From Folioceros fuciformis (lineage: Eukaryota), in contig JBNGIO010006371.1 of assembly GCA_049999805.1 (NCBI GenBank), positions 21,413 through 85,412 on the forward strand: a stretch of 64,000 nt of DNA, in the 5' to 3' direction. The translations under genes were made by a program, and so were the position numbers. This document shows, piece by piece, positions 12,604-31,417 of the stretch. The notes beneath the pieces were generated by a model. That model saw only the letters and a program-made list of their open reading frames with translations, did no database searches and had not been told where the DNA came from. Within the stretch, counting starts at the first letter, position 1; each line of letters opens with the position of its first letter.

Positions 12604-14873
12604 TTAGAAGTAAACCACCGGTGGTATGGCCTGAGGCTTCTGGGTCAGATCTATCCTACAAACAGGACACTTGCGATTTTTGTTCCAGCATAAAGCTGCG
12701 CAAGGGATGCACAATCCTGCATGGTGACAAGGACTGAGTAAAGCCCTCATCCTCCCATGATTATCCATCTCATGGAAACAAACAATGCATTCAGTCGATG
12801 TCAAGGGCGTGTGGCCAGATCCCTGCACCCAAAGAAAACAACGGTCAGAGCTCAGCAACCCAACAAGGTGCGTGAAGTGCACCACAGCATTGGGCTAGGG
12901 AGCTGACAGACGTACACTCCCGTCATGGGTTTTTCGCAGCTCCAATTCATGTCGGAGGCGATCTGCCAATTGTTTTGCCTCACTCGCCTCCTTCACCAAA
13001 GCAGATCTCGCAAGCATGTGATCTTGTGCCAGCTCCTCCTTTTCTCGTTTGCTTTTCTCAAGCAACTGCAACAACTCACACACTTCAGCAAATGTCCAAC
13101 ATCATGATATATCTGCACCCAGCAGTACCCGGGCAACAACGAGAGGAAGAAAGGAATAAGTGGGGCATATGTTTCGAACCTGGTCAAGAATAATCTTGCT
13201 TTTCCGCTCCATGAATTGAGCATGAACAGTACACGTCAGTCTCTTCCATTCATCTGCCTGTTGTAACAGCAGGTCTTTCAAAGAATTTTGCTGATGCAGC
13301 AATAGTTCCTTTTCCCTTCGATTTCCTTCCAAGAACTGGAATCCATAAGACAGCAGGTCATACCAATCTCGTATTGTTATGGATCAGAGGACATGCTTCC
13401 CACCCCAAAGATGCACTTAGCAGGGTGAGAACGCAGGCTCCACCCAACCTATCATGCGTAATGGAACATGAAAGTGGGCACAGCTGACGCCCATCACTCC
13501 TTACTGTAGCTGTGCGGTCTTTTACGGTTGACTGTTACCATGGAGATGGGGTGTAGCAAAAAGGCAGAAGGTTCAAGGACTTGCAAGCAGAGCTAGAGAC
13601 GACCCACTGATCAAATGTGTCAACATCAACCTTCACAGTATTCATTGCACAGCAATAACCCTCCTTGCAGCAGGTTGGCACAAAGCGAAGCAGTCGTCAA
13701 ATTTGGAAATTCAGATATACCTCCTTCATCTCCTTGAGTTGCCGCTCTTGAAGCACAGTCTCTGATGTGAAGTGGATCTGACTGAGTTCCCTTATTCTTT
13801 TCTGCAAATCTGCTGCATAAACACCGTATAGTCGTATCCGCTCCATGGTCTCTGACTCCCTTCTGTCCAAAAGTTTCATGCTAGAAAACAAAGAACCACT
13901 TCTGTCAGCTAGTATGAGAATTTGATGCAGAGAAGTATTGTCTGATCATCTACAAGATGGCTTGGCAGAGCATACTCTTCTGTAAGAGTTATTTCAGTTG
14001 TTCCATACTGTAGCACATGGATTAATCTTAAGCGTTCCAGGACCTCATCAGCAGCGAAAACTGGGCTTGCTAGCAGTTGCTGTCTAAGCAGAGATTCCTT
14101 TTCCTGATTTTTTTCTCTCATCAGGAGCAACTCTCTCACCTGCTGCTCAACGTCCTTCAGCTGTATCGTAGGCACCCTCGCTGATTTGTCAGTGACCAAA
14201 CCGACGGCCTTGTGTGTGGGTTGTTTGTGCTGAATTGCTAATGCAAATCTAGTAATCATGATTAATTGCGTGTCTCGAATCTGTGCACTAGGCATGAGTA
14301 AGAAACATTCGAGGACCGTGAAGAGGTTTCAAGACGGCATACATATCGCTTTGATGCTTCCTCGATCACCTCCGCCCCTCGAACTTGGTTTTGCATTTCT
14401 CGTCTGCTGTCTTCCATGGACTTGATGAAGCCACCTATCCTGTATTCGAATGGCACCAAGACTTTGGATTGCTTTGCCTTACGCTCTAGTTCGGTCATAC
14501 TTGTCCCCTAAATGCCCCACAAACGAGACATCAGTCCTAGAAAAGCAAATTTTCCTTCACATACACGGTTGCGCACATTTGGCCCAATATTTTGTACCTG
14601 AAGCTGCTGCTTCCGCTTCTTCCTGCCATTCTGGAAGACGGTAGCAGTGATACTGAACGGATTTTGCCATATATCCATTTGAGTTTGAATCCCTTCCGTC
14701 GGCCCGTTGCCAGTTGACACACGACCCAGCACACTACCGCCTACTCCACACTCAGATGGCACAGACATAGGGACTGGATATTGGGGGTCAGCCATTGCCA
14801 CGGGGTTGACTACGGAGTTCCTTGGCCAAGGGGGTTGAAATCTACCATCGTTCATGAAAGGATTATGTGGTCC
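12604..14873 (-). CDS. Coiled-coil + C-terminal C3HC4 RING protein (BOI/SBP-like E3 ligase), 5' exons unresolved, apparent frameshift
   Basis: Last exon CIVC...PCHHAGLCIPC...CPVC; phase-compatible upstream exons encode Glu/Gln/Leu-rich coiled coils; frame breaks at a TG repeat near 13080. Confidence 0.55.
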
Positions 14874-15923
14874 TGCGTAGTACATCATGCAAATCTCTGT
14901 CAGTGACAACGTGAACACCTCAGCTTTTCCACATAGCTTCTATCCGGATGGAAACATCACCCTCCTAACGTTGCAGAGAGATTTGGACCTAGAGCACTGA
15001 GGGTTTGCACATCTCCTACGGGCTACAGCACTAAACGGCTGAGCCCCGGAAGAGCTTATCAGGAAAAGAATGCACTAGAAGATGCTCGAGCTGAATCTGC
15101 CCCACCTCACATGTCCTCTGCAGTGAGAAAGTGGATGAGTTGATCACGAGTGCACGAAGAATAACAAGGTTGACGACTTGGAGTCTCTGGGGCACATGTA
15201 GGCAAGATAGTAGTATGGTTCCTTGAGAGTTCACAGTGCAGAGATTGTCCCAGAGCAAACCTCTGTTGCTTCAATCTTGTGTTTTTGAGAGACATCTACA
15301 TTGACCACCATATCAATCATCCATTCCACTACACGCATGTGTCCACTACGATAATTCATCTTCCCAAAGAGCTGCTTCTTCATGCCACACCTTAGAACAG
15401 CGAGCAAAGGTTGATCGACACCAGACGGTGCCTCTCACCTGGCCCGTAGTTCGACATTCTCCCTTTCCGGTCCCCTATGCCTTTGTCATCCGATCACACA
15501 TCCAAAGCAAGTCCTTTCCTCTACGAACATGCCGCCGAATAGGCACTCCCTGCCCTGTCTGTTCCTCAGCTTGCCTGAACTTCCCAGCGTTCCTGACGGC
15601 CTGCGAAGCAAGTTTCAAGTGCCCAATTGCTTGTCAGGGCTTCCGGCCTCACAGAAGGGCCTCCCGTCGCGGATCCATCAGACAGGACGAATTGTTTGTT
15701 ACTACGCGGTGGTTCTTGGTGATGTGCCGCTTGATGCCTGGACCTGCTCGCCACTTGCCCTCTCGCAATCTGACAAAATATAAACACCTCGAGCTAGAGA
15801 GCGCCTCAAAGGGTGCCCCGCTTCGGAAGGGCGCGTTCCCCGTAAAACGGAACAGAACGAGCATTTTCGTCACCTGGCCGTTTAGGCAGACGCTTCAGGT
15901 AGTGTACATACTTCCCGTCTTCC

Positions 15924-15937
15924 TTTTTGGCGGGAAT
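15924..15937 (+). promoter_or_regulatory. E2F-binding site upstream of MCM4
   Basis: TTTTTGGCGGGAAT matches the E2F consensus TTTSSCGS, ~40 bp before the predicted ATG; MCM genes are established E2F targets. Confidence 0.7.
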
Positions 15938-15977
15938 TGTCCTGGACCAGCCAGCTGATGCATTGGAGGTGGTGAAG

Positions 15978-20316
<4,339 letters not shown>

Positions 20317-20834
20317 TAGCCCGAGGCATCCCGCGCGTACAAATCTCCGTGGATCTCAACAAAGTTGCATCCAGTGATCTATGTGCGGTTCCAGCCTGTC
20401 CCAGTAACCACGCCAGGACAAATTGTGGCGGGGCTGAGCCCAGCAGTGTCTTGATCCATAACTGGTGGATCAAGCTCTGCAATACAATTTGATCGCCACG
20501 AAGATCTGCAAAAAAGGTCTTCAACCAGTTGGATGTATGGACAGTTTATGGAGCTGCGGGTCGATGGCTGGTCGGAAGTCCTCGTTTCCAAGTCTCTACC
20601 ATACCATTGGTGGGTGATATACCCAAGGCCAAATCGTCCTGTACAAGGTACACGCACTTTCCTATCATGAAAGTCTTGTCGACTAGTTCACACTAGGGAT
20701 CACAATTTTGTCGCATTTCCTGCCACAGTGTAGAAGGATACCATGCTGAATTAAGTTTACACACCCCACTTCCCGCGACCTGAAAGAATCTGTACACTGA
20801 TGTTACGCCGGATGGCGTTAAGTTGGTTTGCTTC

Positions 20835-23800
20835 TCACTTGGCTGCATACCAACTTCCTGCATAATCAGCGTCCACTGACAATGCCACGGACAGAAGGTT
20901 TCGTCCTTCGAATGGATAGGACATGGACTGGATCACCAACTCCTTTGCCCTCACCACTGACTCCGTGGGACCTTCGAGAATCACTTCATCATGTACCTGA
21001 GAAAACAGGGAGGATATATAGTTCCGCGAATGGGCACAGATGGTTGCCAAATTACAGAAGCGGACCAACCTGAAGTAGTAGATTCCAGCCAAGCTCCTTC
21101 AGTTCCTTGTTCCTGTTTATCTCTAGCATTGCACACATAGCAACATCTGCTGCACTTCCCTGGCAAGGCAAGAGCCATGCAGAATTGATGAGAATGCCCA
21201 GCAGCAGGGAAACCCCACAGCAGTCTGCAACACGTGCTTTACTACCTGAACTGGTGTGTTTATGGCAGCTCGAAGGGCGTGTGACTTGAGTGACCTATTT
21301 GAAGAATTTGCATCAGGTAAGTGGCGAGATCGTCCCAGCAACGTGTGAACTCGAAATGTCTTCTCAGCCTCTTTCTTGCGTTCGTCTTGCCATTTCCGCA
21401 CTTCCTGCCGGTCTTGGTACCACAGGCGCAAGGTTTCTTCTGCTTCCTCGACACTCACCTGCTTACAGAGCACGTAGCTAAGTCAAAGACGTTAAGAAAA
21501 AATCTCAAAGGCCACTACCGAGTACGGAGCCTGTGAACGTGGTGTGAGACAAGCTTCATCAGCAGTCGACATACCTTCCAATCCTTTGCAAGACCTACTG
21601 CGGTCTTTCCATAAGCGATAGAGAAATTGAGCATTTTTGCCTTCCGCCTTTCTGAGGAGAACTTGTCCTGCACGGACACACTTAAATGAGTTCATTGACG
21701 CCCAAAAAAGGTGAACGGCTCCTATAACTGCCAGATTGTTCAGTAGAATGCAATGCTCCGAGGCTACCACCTGCTTAATCTTGGCAGTCGTGTGAAACTG
21801 AGCAAGCACCAACTACCTTCAGACATCGACACAACACAGAAGCTTCGAACGGACCTTCAAGAGAGGAACAGGTGGCTTTTCCATGCCAGGTTGTGGCTCC
21901 CACTCCAGTAGCACGTCACCTGAATCGACAGCATCGCGCACATGTGTGTACATGTTCATAGCAGTCCTTGAGTGGAAATCTCCCCCTGCCTCAAAGGCCT
22001 CCCTCATGCTCCTACAACTTGCTAGGTGAGCAAGAAGTCGGAGCTCCAACTGAGAACAGTGGTCAAGCGTCAATAATAGGCTGAGTTGCTCAACATGCTC
22101 AAAATGAGGGGAAGGTGAGATTATACAAAAACTACTATTTCCAAATCGTACTTGCCCATAGTCAGCAACCACCAAGGAATTTCCAGGGCCTGCAATAAAG
22201 GCTTGTCGGATCTTGTAACGGTCCTTCTCCAAGGCAGGTTGATTCTGCAAAGAAGTCAAGAGTAAATGTGATGACAGTGTGGGTAAGCCTTGGCATTTGC
22301 AGGAACCGGTTGAAGTTGGTGTACTGGCATCCGCAACACAAAGAAAGGTGTAATGGGGGTTATCACCTGAAGACTTGGCCTCCTTGCAGACAGGCGTCCC
22401 GTTTCCGTGTTGATGTTCAGAGAGCAGTGAACACGTCCATCAGGTCCTTTCACGTCGTCACCCTGTACAGGCAAAAGGGTCATTACNNNNNNNNNNNNNN
22501 NNNNNNNNNNNNNNNNNNNNNNNNNNNNNNNNNNNNNNNNNNNNNNNNNNNNNNNNNNNNNNNNNNNNNNNNNNNNNNNNNNNNNNGGCTGAGATGCATC
22601 AGTCGGATAAGAGGAATACCTGTAATGGCTCAATGAAATTTGAAAGCAGAGTATTGATGGCGGCCACTTCACAAAGAGCAGCAAATGCCATACAAGCTTC
22701 TTTGCCTTCTTCCCCTCCTTTGAAGGCATGGAATGCCTTGCCATATACTGACAGATCCTCAGGAGGAGCGGCTTTGCTCTCAGCTTCTGAATCATCGACG
22801 TCTGATGGTGCATCTTCTGTCTCCTCCGGGACGGAGTAGTCAACAGCTACCTTTCCAGCTAAAGATCTTAAAAACGCACCACTTACAGTTGGCCAACCTG
22901 AACCGGTGTATGTATCACATGGAATACGGACACCAAGGCCCCGTAGAACAATTGAGCGTGTTTTCTTTGACTTTTTCCCCTCCTCTGCTGAACCACAAAC
23001 ATTTGGGACGGTGAACGTTCGTTCCATGGGCAGCACCTCACCAGAATCCTTGCTGGAAGAAATCAAGAACAGCGAGTGAATTGAAGAATCTAAAGATATG
23101 ACTACAAGTTGGCTAGAAAGAAATAACAATCAGGTCTTGTAGTACCGGCATTGAGTACCACCAAACAGGAGCTGTCGTATTTGAGTATCACTACCAACAT
23201 TCATGTAAGCAGCATCAGGACACCTTCTGGCTGCCCAACTTCGGAACCGGGCCTCTGCAATTTTCTGCTGGTTTCGAGCAGTCTTCTCTATCTCCTTAAG
23301 ATATTCTACATCAACTAGCATCCCATCACATTCCATCTGCACCAACAGCTGTCCAAAAGGCTGCCAATACTTGGAGTAAAATTCGTATAGAGTCCCCAGT
23401 CCCTCTCCTATACCAGACTGACAGTTCTCAGCCTTTAATTTTTCCCGCAGGCTGAACCACAGCCTCCATGTGCAAACCGCATCAAAGGATGAGTAGTGTA
23501 TCCACTTATCACGCTCAGGGCCCTTTTGGAGTTCTTCAACTGGTGGAATGACCTTCAACTTTCCTTCACTGCCATCTTTTTTCACATTCGGCTTTCCAAA
23601 CATGTCCTTCATAGAAATCTTTCCGAAGGAACTAATGCTGCTCAGAATGTCAGCATGTGCAGCCAAAATCTTTTGAGTTTGTGGCAAAACAGGCCCATCC
23701 CCTTCTGTTTTCGCAACTGTTGTATGAACACTGCTTAGTTCCCCCTTTCCATCCATGACCAATTTGTCGGAAGTGAGAGCTTCCAGAGAGTAGCCACCTT

Positions 23801-25538
23801 TCTCCCCCGTTCTGCTGGAATCCCACAACCGAGCTAAGTGCATAGTATCTGCATAGAAGCCGGAAGCGTGGATACCATGATTGCACAATATATGGTAGTC
23901 AAAACTGTAGTTGTGCCACACCTGTTCAACACCTCAACAGCACGCAACAATTAGGCTAGCCCCGCACTACAGAACCTCAAATTTGATCAGCCGTTGTACA
24001 AAGTATCACATCACCTTAGCTATATCAGAATCTTCGAAATATGGTTTAAAAATGTCAAGAACGTCATTGCCGCCGTCCAGGACATCCACCCACAGTCTTG
24101 TCTTGCCCTGGCCGAAATCGACATCTGGTCCACAGTAGATGCTGAAGCATATGACTCTGCCATGGCCTATCGGAGTCTCCCTCTTCACATCAATGCCTGC
24201 CACCTGATGAGAAACATTCCACAAATGTGTTACAATCTAGCCATTTGAAAGCCTTGGCACTCCTAAACATAAATAGTTGAGAGGCAGACTTACCTCAGTA
24301 TCACAAGCATGAACCTTATCCTTGTACCGTTCCCTTAGTAGTTTCACAACTTTTCTGGCAACGTCGACGCTGTCCACTATAAGAACTTCCTTGTTGGTGT
24401 ATTGTGGACTGCCTGGAGTGGCGAGAGAAATAGCCTTACTTATGAGTTGAGGGCTGCCTTCCGAACAAGAAGTTGAAGCCTTGCTGCCAGACAAACCAGG
24501 TTTCTTAGCCTGTGCCTCGTTTTGAGACGAAGGCTTTTTAGTCTTGGTTCCAGCCTTCTTAATCCTCTCCAAGGCAACACCGGCAGCCAAGCCTGGCAAT
24601 ACGCTAGGGATGCCTTTGGCTGTAGATACGGTGGGGACGCCTAGCCTCTCTGCAGATTCTGCATTTTCGTTCACTCTTTCATCTCCGTTAACTGCAACCA
24701 GTGCTCCACCGCTGGTACCCGGCCCTTCCGATGTGGACAGCGAGCCCTCTCGTACGCCAGCCTGACCGGAGTCAGAAAGACCCACGACGGCCGGCGCACT
24801 GCTACTGCTGTAACCATGACTTCCTTCCACTCTGCCTTCACTAAACTCAGAACCAGCTTCACTCCACGCCCTGCCCCATTCTTCCTTCTCAGGAGACCGG
24901 GTCTGCGCGAACTCGCTCCTGCTGTGTGGAAACGAAGGTGCTCCATTGAATGACGGCCGGAAAAATCCAGCATCACCCAGCTTCGTAGTTTCGTACAGGT
25001 GAGGCTGCTCTTGCAGCTGAGGTCTCCCTCTCCGCATATACTGCGGCAATCGAGGAGCCGGGTGAGCAGACACGGCCAGAAAACTATCAACCAACAGCCC
25101 CTTCTCATGCTCATCAGCCTGGGTCGGGACTTCCTCACGCAAAGTATCCCGTTCTTCGAGTACCACACCATCATCTGACAGCCCATCGTCATAGCTTTCC
25201 AGATCAACATCACGCACAATCACCGGCTGATTCCAGTACTTGGCCTTGATATCAAGTGCAAAAAACCGGGTAAAGATGGATGTCCCTCGAGGCGTTTTCC
25301 CGGAAGAACAAAGTTGCTGCTGGTGGCACGGAGGCATGTGAAAGTGCCTCACAGAAGCCATTCTTCCAAGCTGTCCCTCAAACATCCTGTGTCTCCCCTT
25401 CAGCTGTAGATGAGCTTGCGAGCTCCCGAACGTCGCCCTGTACATGTCGTGACTCCCCATGACACAATCCAGGCCTGTCAGTCTGCAGGCTGCCTCCACC
25501 CAACATACTACAGTGCTTTTAACATTTTTACGTCGCAT
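20835..25538 (-). CDS. Plant organellar DNA polymerase I (POP, family A), multi-exon; start codon uncertain
   Basis: Exo motifs HACDTEV, WHNYSFD, YSSFDAVCT; polymerase motifs TETGRLS, VADYGQLELR, RRKAKMLNFSIAYG, VHDE; C-terminus SWYAAK; N gap 22487-22586 lies in an intron. Confidence 0.95.
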
Positions 25539-26038
25539 CCGATTGCAACACAGCTCTGCAATCCCATTTCTCCAGACGTCAGGACTTATGATTACAGGGA
25601 AGTGCCACGGGCGTTACAACTTCGAGAGCTCATCAGTCTTTGCCGAAAGGCCGTCACCCGGTTGAGAAATCAGGAAATTCCGTATTTGGAGAGACGAATC
25701 CCCGCTACTTATCATGGGAGGGGAGAGACTAAGGCCACCGATACGAACTGAAGAAGAGGATGACTTCAAACCGTTTCAGCTCGAGTTTTCAGTACAACGC
25801 CTCAGTCCCTCAATCAACTCAGTTTCTCCAGATCACCGAGAGAACACCATTCATCAGAAAGACGCAGCTTCTTCCAGGCCAGAAATTTCGTCAGCTAGAC
25901 TACGACCCACTTCTTCCTCCACTGCGAGAGCCGGCCATAGCCATACCGCGAGAGCCAGTGACGGCATGTTCCAGATATGTATGTACAGTACTGTACAATA
26001 TGGTTTCCTGTTCCTTCTACTGCGCCACAGAGGATCAA

Positions 26039-26053
26039 TAAACCCTAAACCCT
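26039..26053. promoter_or_regulatory. Telo-box pair in the divergent Pol I / NOC4 intergenic region
   Basis: taaaccctaaaccct ~120 bp upstream of the NOC4 ATG. Confidence 0.55.
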
Positions 26054-26171
26054 GGCTGCTTACTTTTGCGGTTGGAGGTTTTAGCAGACTCCGGAGGCGG
26101 GGAAGGAACTAAGATGATGGAACGAGTCTGTTGCCAGCTGCTCGTTGCGTTGTAACGTAAGGCATGCAAGG

Positions 26172-29100
26172 ATGGGTCTGTCAGCCACCGCGCAAGCAGG
26201 GGCACTAGATTCTGTCAGGAGGTTGGGGTTGGATCTTCTGCAGTTGAGGTCGCATGCGAACAATGCGCCGGTTCTGATTTCGATCCTCTCAGCGTCATGT
26301 ACCCCGGGTGCAACCTCGGCGGCCATTTCCTTACCCAAGTGCCGTCTGGAAGCTTTGATGTCCCTGCAGGCGTTTTTTCTGCCTTTGCTGCGGTCCGGGG
26401 AGCTCTCACCTGCCTCAAGGAAGCGGGCAAGGATTGTGGTAGATGTGGAGTTAGGCAGCGCGAAAAAGAGGAGGAAATCGGAAGAGCAAGGTGGTGCAGA
26501 GGATGATGCGGGGAGCGAGAACGGGTTGGTGTCTGATCAGGCGGAGGCCATTTACACCAGGTGGTTATGGGAGAAATACAGGGAATTCACGACGACGCTG
26601 TTGGAGTTGCTGTCCAGTGGACACGACGTTCTGAAAGTTCAGGTGGGGTGCCTTGGTTGAAAGTTATTCTGCTTGTGCAACGGTGGCTGATGTGACTATT
26701 GTGATGCAGGTCGCTGCGTTGCACGCATACATGGAGCTCGTGCGCACGGAGGGGCCAGCGGAGTTTAGCAATAGTTTGTTTTTGAAGCTTTGTGCAACAG
26801 TAGTGAGTACCTACGCCAGTTTCTATGGAGATTTGGAAGGAACGCTTGGCTCGGAACGTGTGCAATTGCGAATCGCCATTTGGTTTCAGGGATCGGAGCG
26901 TGCGTTCGGTCTGAAGCTTATAACTATGACAATGTGGCAGGTTGGTTCAACAGATTTCAGGAAAGAAGTCCTTGAGCTGTTGCACTCGGAGTACTTCAAG
27001 TACGCTGATGTCAGGTAACTGGAAGTCGATGGCCTGATGTTGTCTTTCCCCATTCGGGGATGCCATTGTAATTTTCATGTGTGCGATTGGTGTGCAGCTA
27101 CTTCACTTATTCTAATCTGGCGAAGCTGATACACTCGCGTCTCAATAGCAAGGAGGGTATGTCACGGTTAGTGCTTGCGTGCTTTCTTGGATTTAGAAAG
27201 ACAGTAACCTGACCTGAAGATGTTTGCATCGACTTGTTTATGTTACTCTGGCAGAGGATTTCGCAACTGAGGAAGACAAAGGTTTGGGAATCTGGAGTAT
27301 CAGGTGACTACTGTGTTGACTACAAGCTCGGGGCAAAGGAATGTCTTAATGCAGGTTAAATATCCGACAAAGTTGTGGGATGCCAACTCTGATGAGCATG
27401 TTGTGCATTCCTCCACCCAGCCCGCATGACTTTGCTGCAAACATCTTCAACATCCTGTCACGTCTGCCATCGCCATCCGAGGACGCAGGGAAGTGTGTTG
27501 ATGACTTGTGGAGCTTGCGGCCACGTAAGGATTATGCCTAGCCATCGCCTTCTTCTGGCTAGGGATGAAGTCGTTTATTTATCAAGATGGCTTTGCTTCT
27601 GTAAGGTTCTACTTGAGCATAGTGGTTTCAGGGAATTCAGGAAATTTGGAGAATGGAGCGGACACTCTTAGGAATGATGGCTATGGACTTGAACAGGCAA
27701 GGCTGGCAGTTAGCTGGAAGAGTTTAAAGATTCAGCGGTTCAAGTTTAGTAACTGCTGGCTAGCTTTCCTACAGTTGGATCTACCCATTAAAATCTACAA
27801 GAAGGTGCAAAACTAGTGGAGCTGGCCTATCTTAACGTCCTTGAGATTATGTGGTACTCGTCACTTCAGACACCTGAGAGGCTGCGCTAATCTGCATCTC
27901 TGCGACAGGTACTGGCTCAGATGCACGAAACTGTGATTCCGTACCTGACAAATCCTGTTTGTCTCAGGTATATATCTGACTTTTCCGTTTGCCAGTTATT
28001 ACTTGATTGCAGTCTAGGGACTGAGGTTTTTTGAGTCTCCGTTGCTATGGCCAAAGCTGAACGTGTCCTGTCGCATGTGCATCTGCAGCGATTTCCTCAC
28101 CACGTCATACAATGTAGGGGCCGTGGTCAGTGTGATGGCGCTTAATGGCCTTTTCATCCTCATTACAAAGTATGGGCTGGAGTATCCTGACTTCTACAAA
28201 AAGCTATATGCTCTCTTGGAGCCGACAGTCCTTGTTGCCAAATACCGGGCACGCTTCTTTGAGGTCTTGAAGCTGATTCCTTCATTTGCTTGAGGACTAG
28301 ATTGTATGTCTGTCACTCTATTGCTCCTGCCAGTTATGCAGTGTCTTGAGGAGGAGGATGTGTTATGCACTGATGTCAGTATGTGCACGCTCTCATTGTG
28401 GGACATGTTGGATCGTTTCAGCTGTTAGATATTTGTCTGAAATCGTCACACCTTCCTGCGTACTTGGCAGCAGCATTTGCCAAGAAGCTGGGACGGATTG
28501 GATTAACAGCACCGCCCTCGGGTGTCATCTTGGCTATTGCTATGATCCACAATCTTCTCCGGCGGCACCCATCCATCAACTGTCTTGTACACAGGGTAAG
28601 ATGGTCCTTGTGGTCGCCACCTTTTGGCCTCTTCATGACGAATTCAATCTGGTAACAGGTGGGTCTTGCTTTCTGCAGCAGGATTATGTCTCTGAAGATT
28701 CAGCCCTTGACAGGAAGGAGACACATGCTGACTTGAATGATGGAGTGGTTGTAAACACGGCTAATGTCCAGTGTCCAGATCGCTATATATACGGAAGGAG
28801 TGATCCCTTTATGCCCTTGGAGACAGACCCTGCAAAGTGCAATGCCTTGAGTACGTGTCCTTGCAGTGCTATGACTTGAGTGCTTTCCACGTGCTGCGTT
28901 GATCTTGTCGTTGGTCCCCACAAAACTTTGCTGCACGCACTGCTCTGAGTGTTGGGTACTTCTGGCAGAAAGTTCTTTGTGGGAGATCGATGCATTACGG
29001 CGTCACTACTGCCCAGCTGTGTCACGGTATGACTCTGAAGTAAGGTGGCTGCATGTAATACGGCAAATACTTACTGCGGCGTGCTGTAGTAAGACATGTA

Positions 29101-29473
29101 TGCACATGGATGGTTTTGCAGATTTGTGGTGTCCCTCGAGACCGACTTGACACAGCGTGCTATAACAACGGAGGTTGCCATCAATGACTTCAGCTCAGGA
29201 TCCTATTCAACCATATTTTCAGAAGAGGTCCGCCTTTCCACGTCCAGCCGACACACGTGCAGTGTTTGTGGTTATGTTGGAGTTGGGAAACTCAACTGAC
29301 GCTGATGCCGTGTCCTTATTCAGGTTGGAAGGAGACTGAAGCAGGTGCCTCTGGCGTTCTATGATGCCATTCCTACCTCTCTGTTCGTGTCATCGGACGG
29401 AAATGACTTCCGTGGATGGGAATTTGGCAGAACGGGGGCTATTGGAAATAACGATGGTGTTCAAAATGTCTGA
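26172..29473 (+). CDS. NOC4: Nucleolar complex protein 4 homolog (CBF/Mak21 domain), multi-exon
   Basis: YFKYADVR, DFLTTSYNVG, GLEYPDFYKKLYALL, SSHLPAYLAAAFAKKL, HNLLRRHPSINCLVH, SSLWEIDALRRHYCPAVS, VPLAFY; stop 29471-29473. Confidence 0.93.
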
Positions 29474-31417
29474 AGTTGATCGAGCTTCGTGCTCTCGTCA
29501 ACTAAAGGCGTTGCTTCGGCAGCTTTGCAGATATCAAGCAGCCAGTGAACAGTCAGTGTAGGTCGAAACGGAGAAAACAGCCTCATTCACTTGATGTGTG
29601 CATAGATCGCATAACAGGCACTCAACCCACGTTAGTTCGCTTGCTGTATCCAATGCTAGCACCTCCGTTTGCGGGGGAGTTCTTATCTGTAGAGTGGAAG
29701 CTGGAATGGTTGTGAGAGACTGCTCTGACGATTTTGCAGGACCATGACGTAGTCAAGGCATATCTGCAAGGTATGGTACAGCTCAGGGCTGAGGGATGTT
29801 CTTGGACTGATAGGATCAGATTCAGCTTCTCCAGTCGCCCGTGCCGCCATGGCCTTAGCCCGGCGCGTGCAGCGGGCGACCACGCGTGCCACCCACTTCT
29901 CGTAGTTCCAGTCCGGGGGCCTCATAGACGGTGCGTTCTGTGCCACCAGCTTCCGAGCAAATCCCTGCTTCGATGATGGTGCCCATGGGAGGCTTGAGTA
30001 TTGTGACGGCGTGAACTCTAAGGGGTGCAAGGTTTGCTCGCCTGCAGTTTGAAATCACCATCATGACGTCACGTCCGAACCTGGGTAACCGTGAATATGA
30101 GCTCCTGCGACGACCTGCTTGATTCCTTCCCTCTTGCAAGTAAAATAACCTCTAGAGTTCTACACGGGAAGGCGGAGCAAACACAGAGCGCACTCAGAAA
30201 TCCCAGCTTGTTCTCCCTCTTGGCCTGCAACGCCGCAACTCGATTATGAAGAGGAAGAATAATCCCACTGGACATGTGAAGGCCACCATGTCTGAGTACT
30301 TCAAGGTCCCGGCCTGTAAGAGCAAGGGATTAATTAGACTTGGACAGCCCATGTGCAACCTGACTTTCTTCAAAGTACAGTGACACCACACAACAAATTC
30401 AAGTTCTGCTCTTCCACTCTCGTGCTTAGTCAGCCTCTCGACCATGTCAAGTAACTTTTGGATGTGCGTGATGAGGTGTATACTTGGACTTGCTTCATCT
30501 CTTTTCTGGTTAACGAGCTCTGGAATCTTCTCAATCACCGATCCTGTGAACACGGCAACGAACTTTAGGGTTTAACTCCCCGCCTCCAGCATGGCCACAA
30601 CCGCTGCAGGTTCTTTTTTGTATGAACGTGCAAGCGGTGAAACCTCATGTCATTGTACTGCAAGTGATATGAACACAAGGCATTGCAATTTGTCGAAGTC
30701 TGTCTTGGAAGGCCATAGACGGAGCACACTCTCCATAATTTTCAAGACTCCAAAAGCATCCATGCATATGGCCCCTTCATCATTCACGTCTGCATTGCTG
30801 TCCTTGGTGCCACAGGCTGAATGCCCTGCACAAGATGACTACTTTCCCAACATCTCGCCGGCTGGGTACAGGTGGTTCCATGGCTGCACCAACAGTAGAC
30901 AGAACACATATGCATACGTCGATCACCAAAGCCAGGGGCCAGGATGGTACCCGACGACGCCTTCTCCATCGTGAGAAAGTAGCAACATTGTCAGTGGCAG
31001 AAGTGCTGAGACGTTCATTATGGGTGCCCACAGGATTAGCAGGCAGGAAGGCAGCCTGGACCAGGATCACAGACTGGGTAGGTTCTGAGGGGAATCTGTA
31101 ATTGCCAGGCCAGAGTTGCTTTCACCGCGTTTGTGTTTTTGATAGCTGCCGTGCAGGTCTTATCCCGTCTCACGGGGATTGAGGTCCCTCATTGTGTGTG
31201 TCAATTTCGAGATCATGCACCGCTTCAGATTTTCTGGGGCCATGGCTGCCCTTGTGTAGTATTGCAGCGGAGAACCTCCGCTGAGCTCTCCGGGTTAGTG
31301 ACAGGAGCTCGGGAAGCCTTCCGTTCAGCGAAGGCACAGCAGGTCTAGCAGCTGGAGATTCAGGAGACCCAAGAGAGTGTGTGGCAAAACAGCTTCACGG
31401 CAAGCGAGTTCGAGTGA

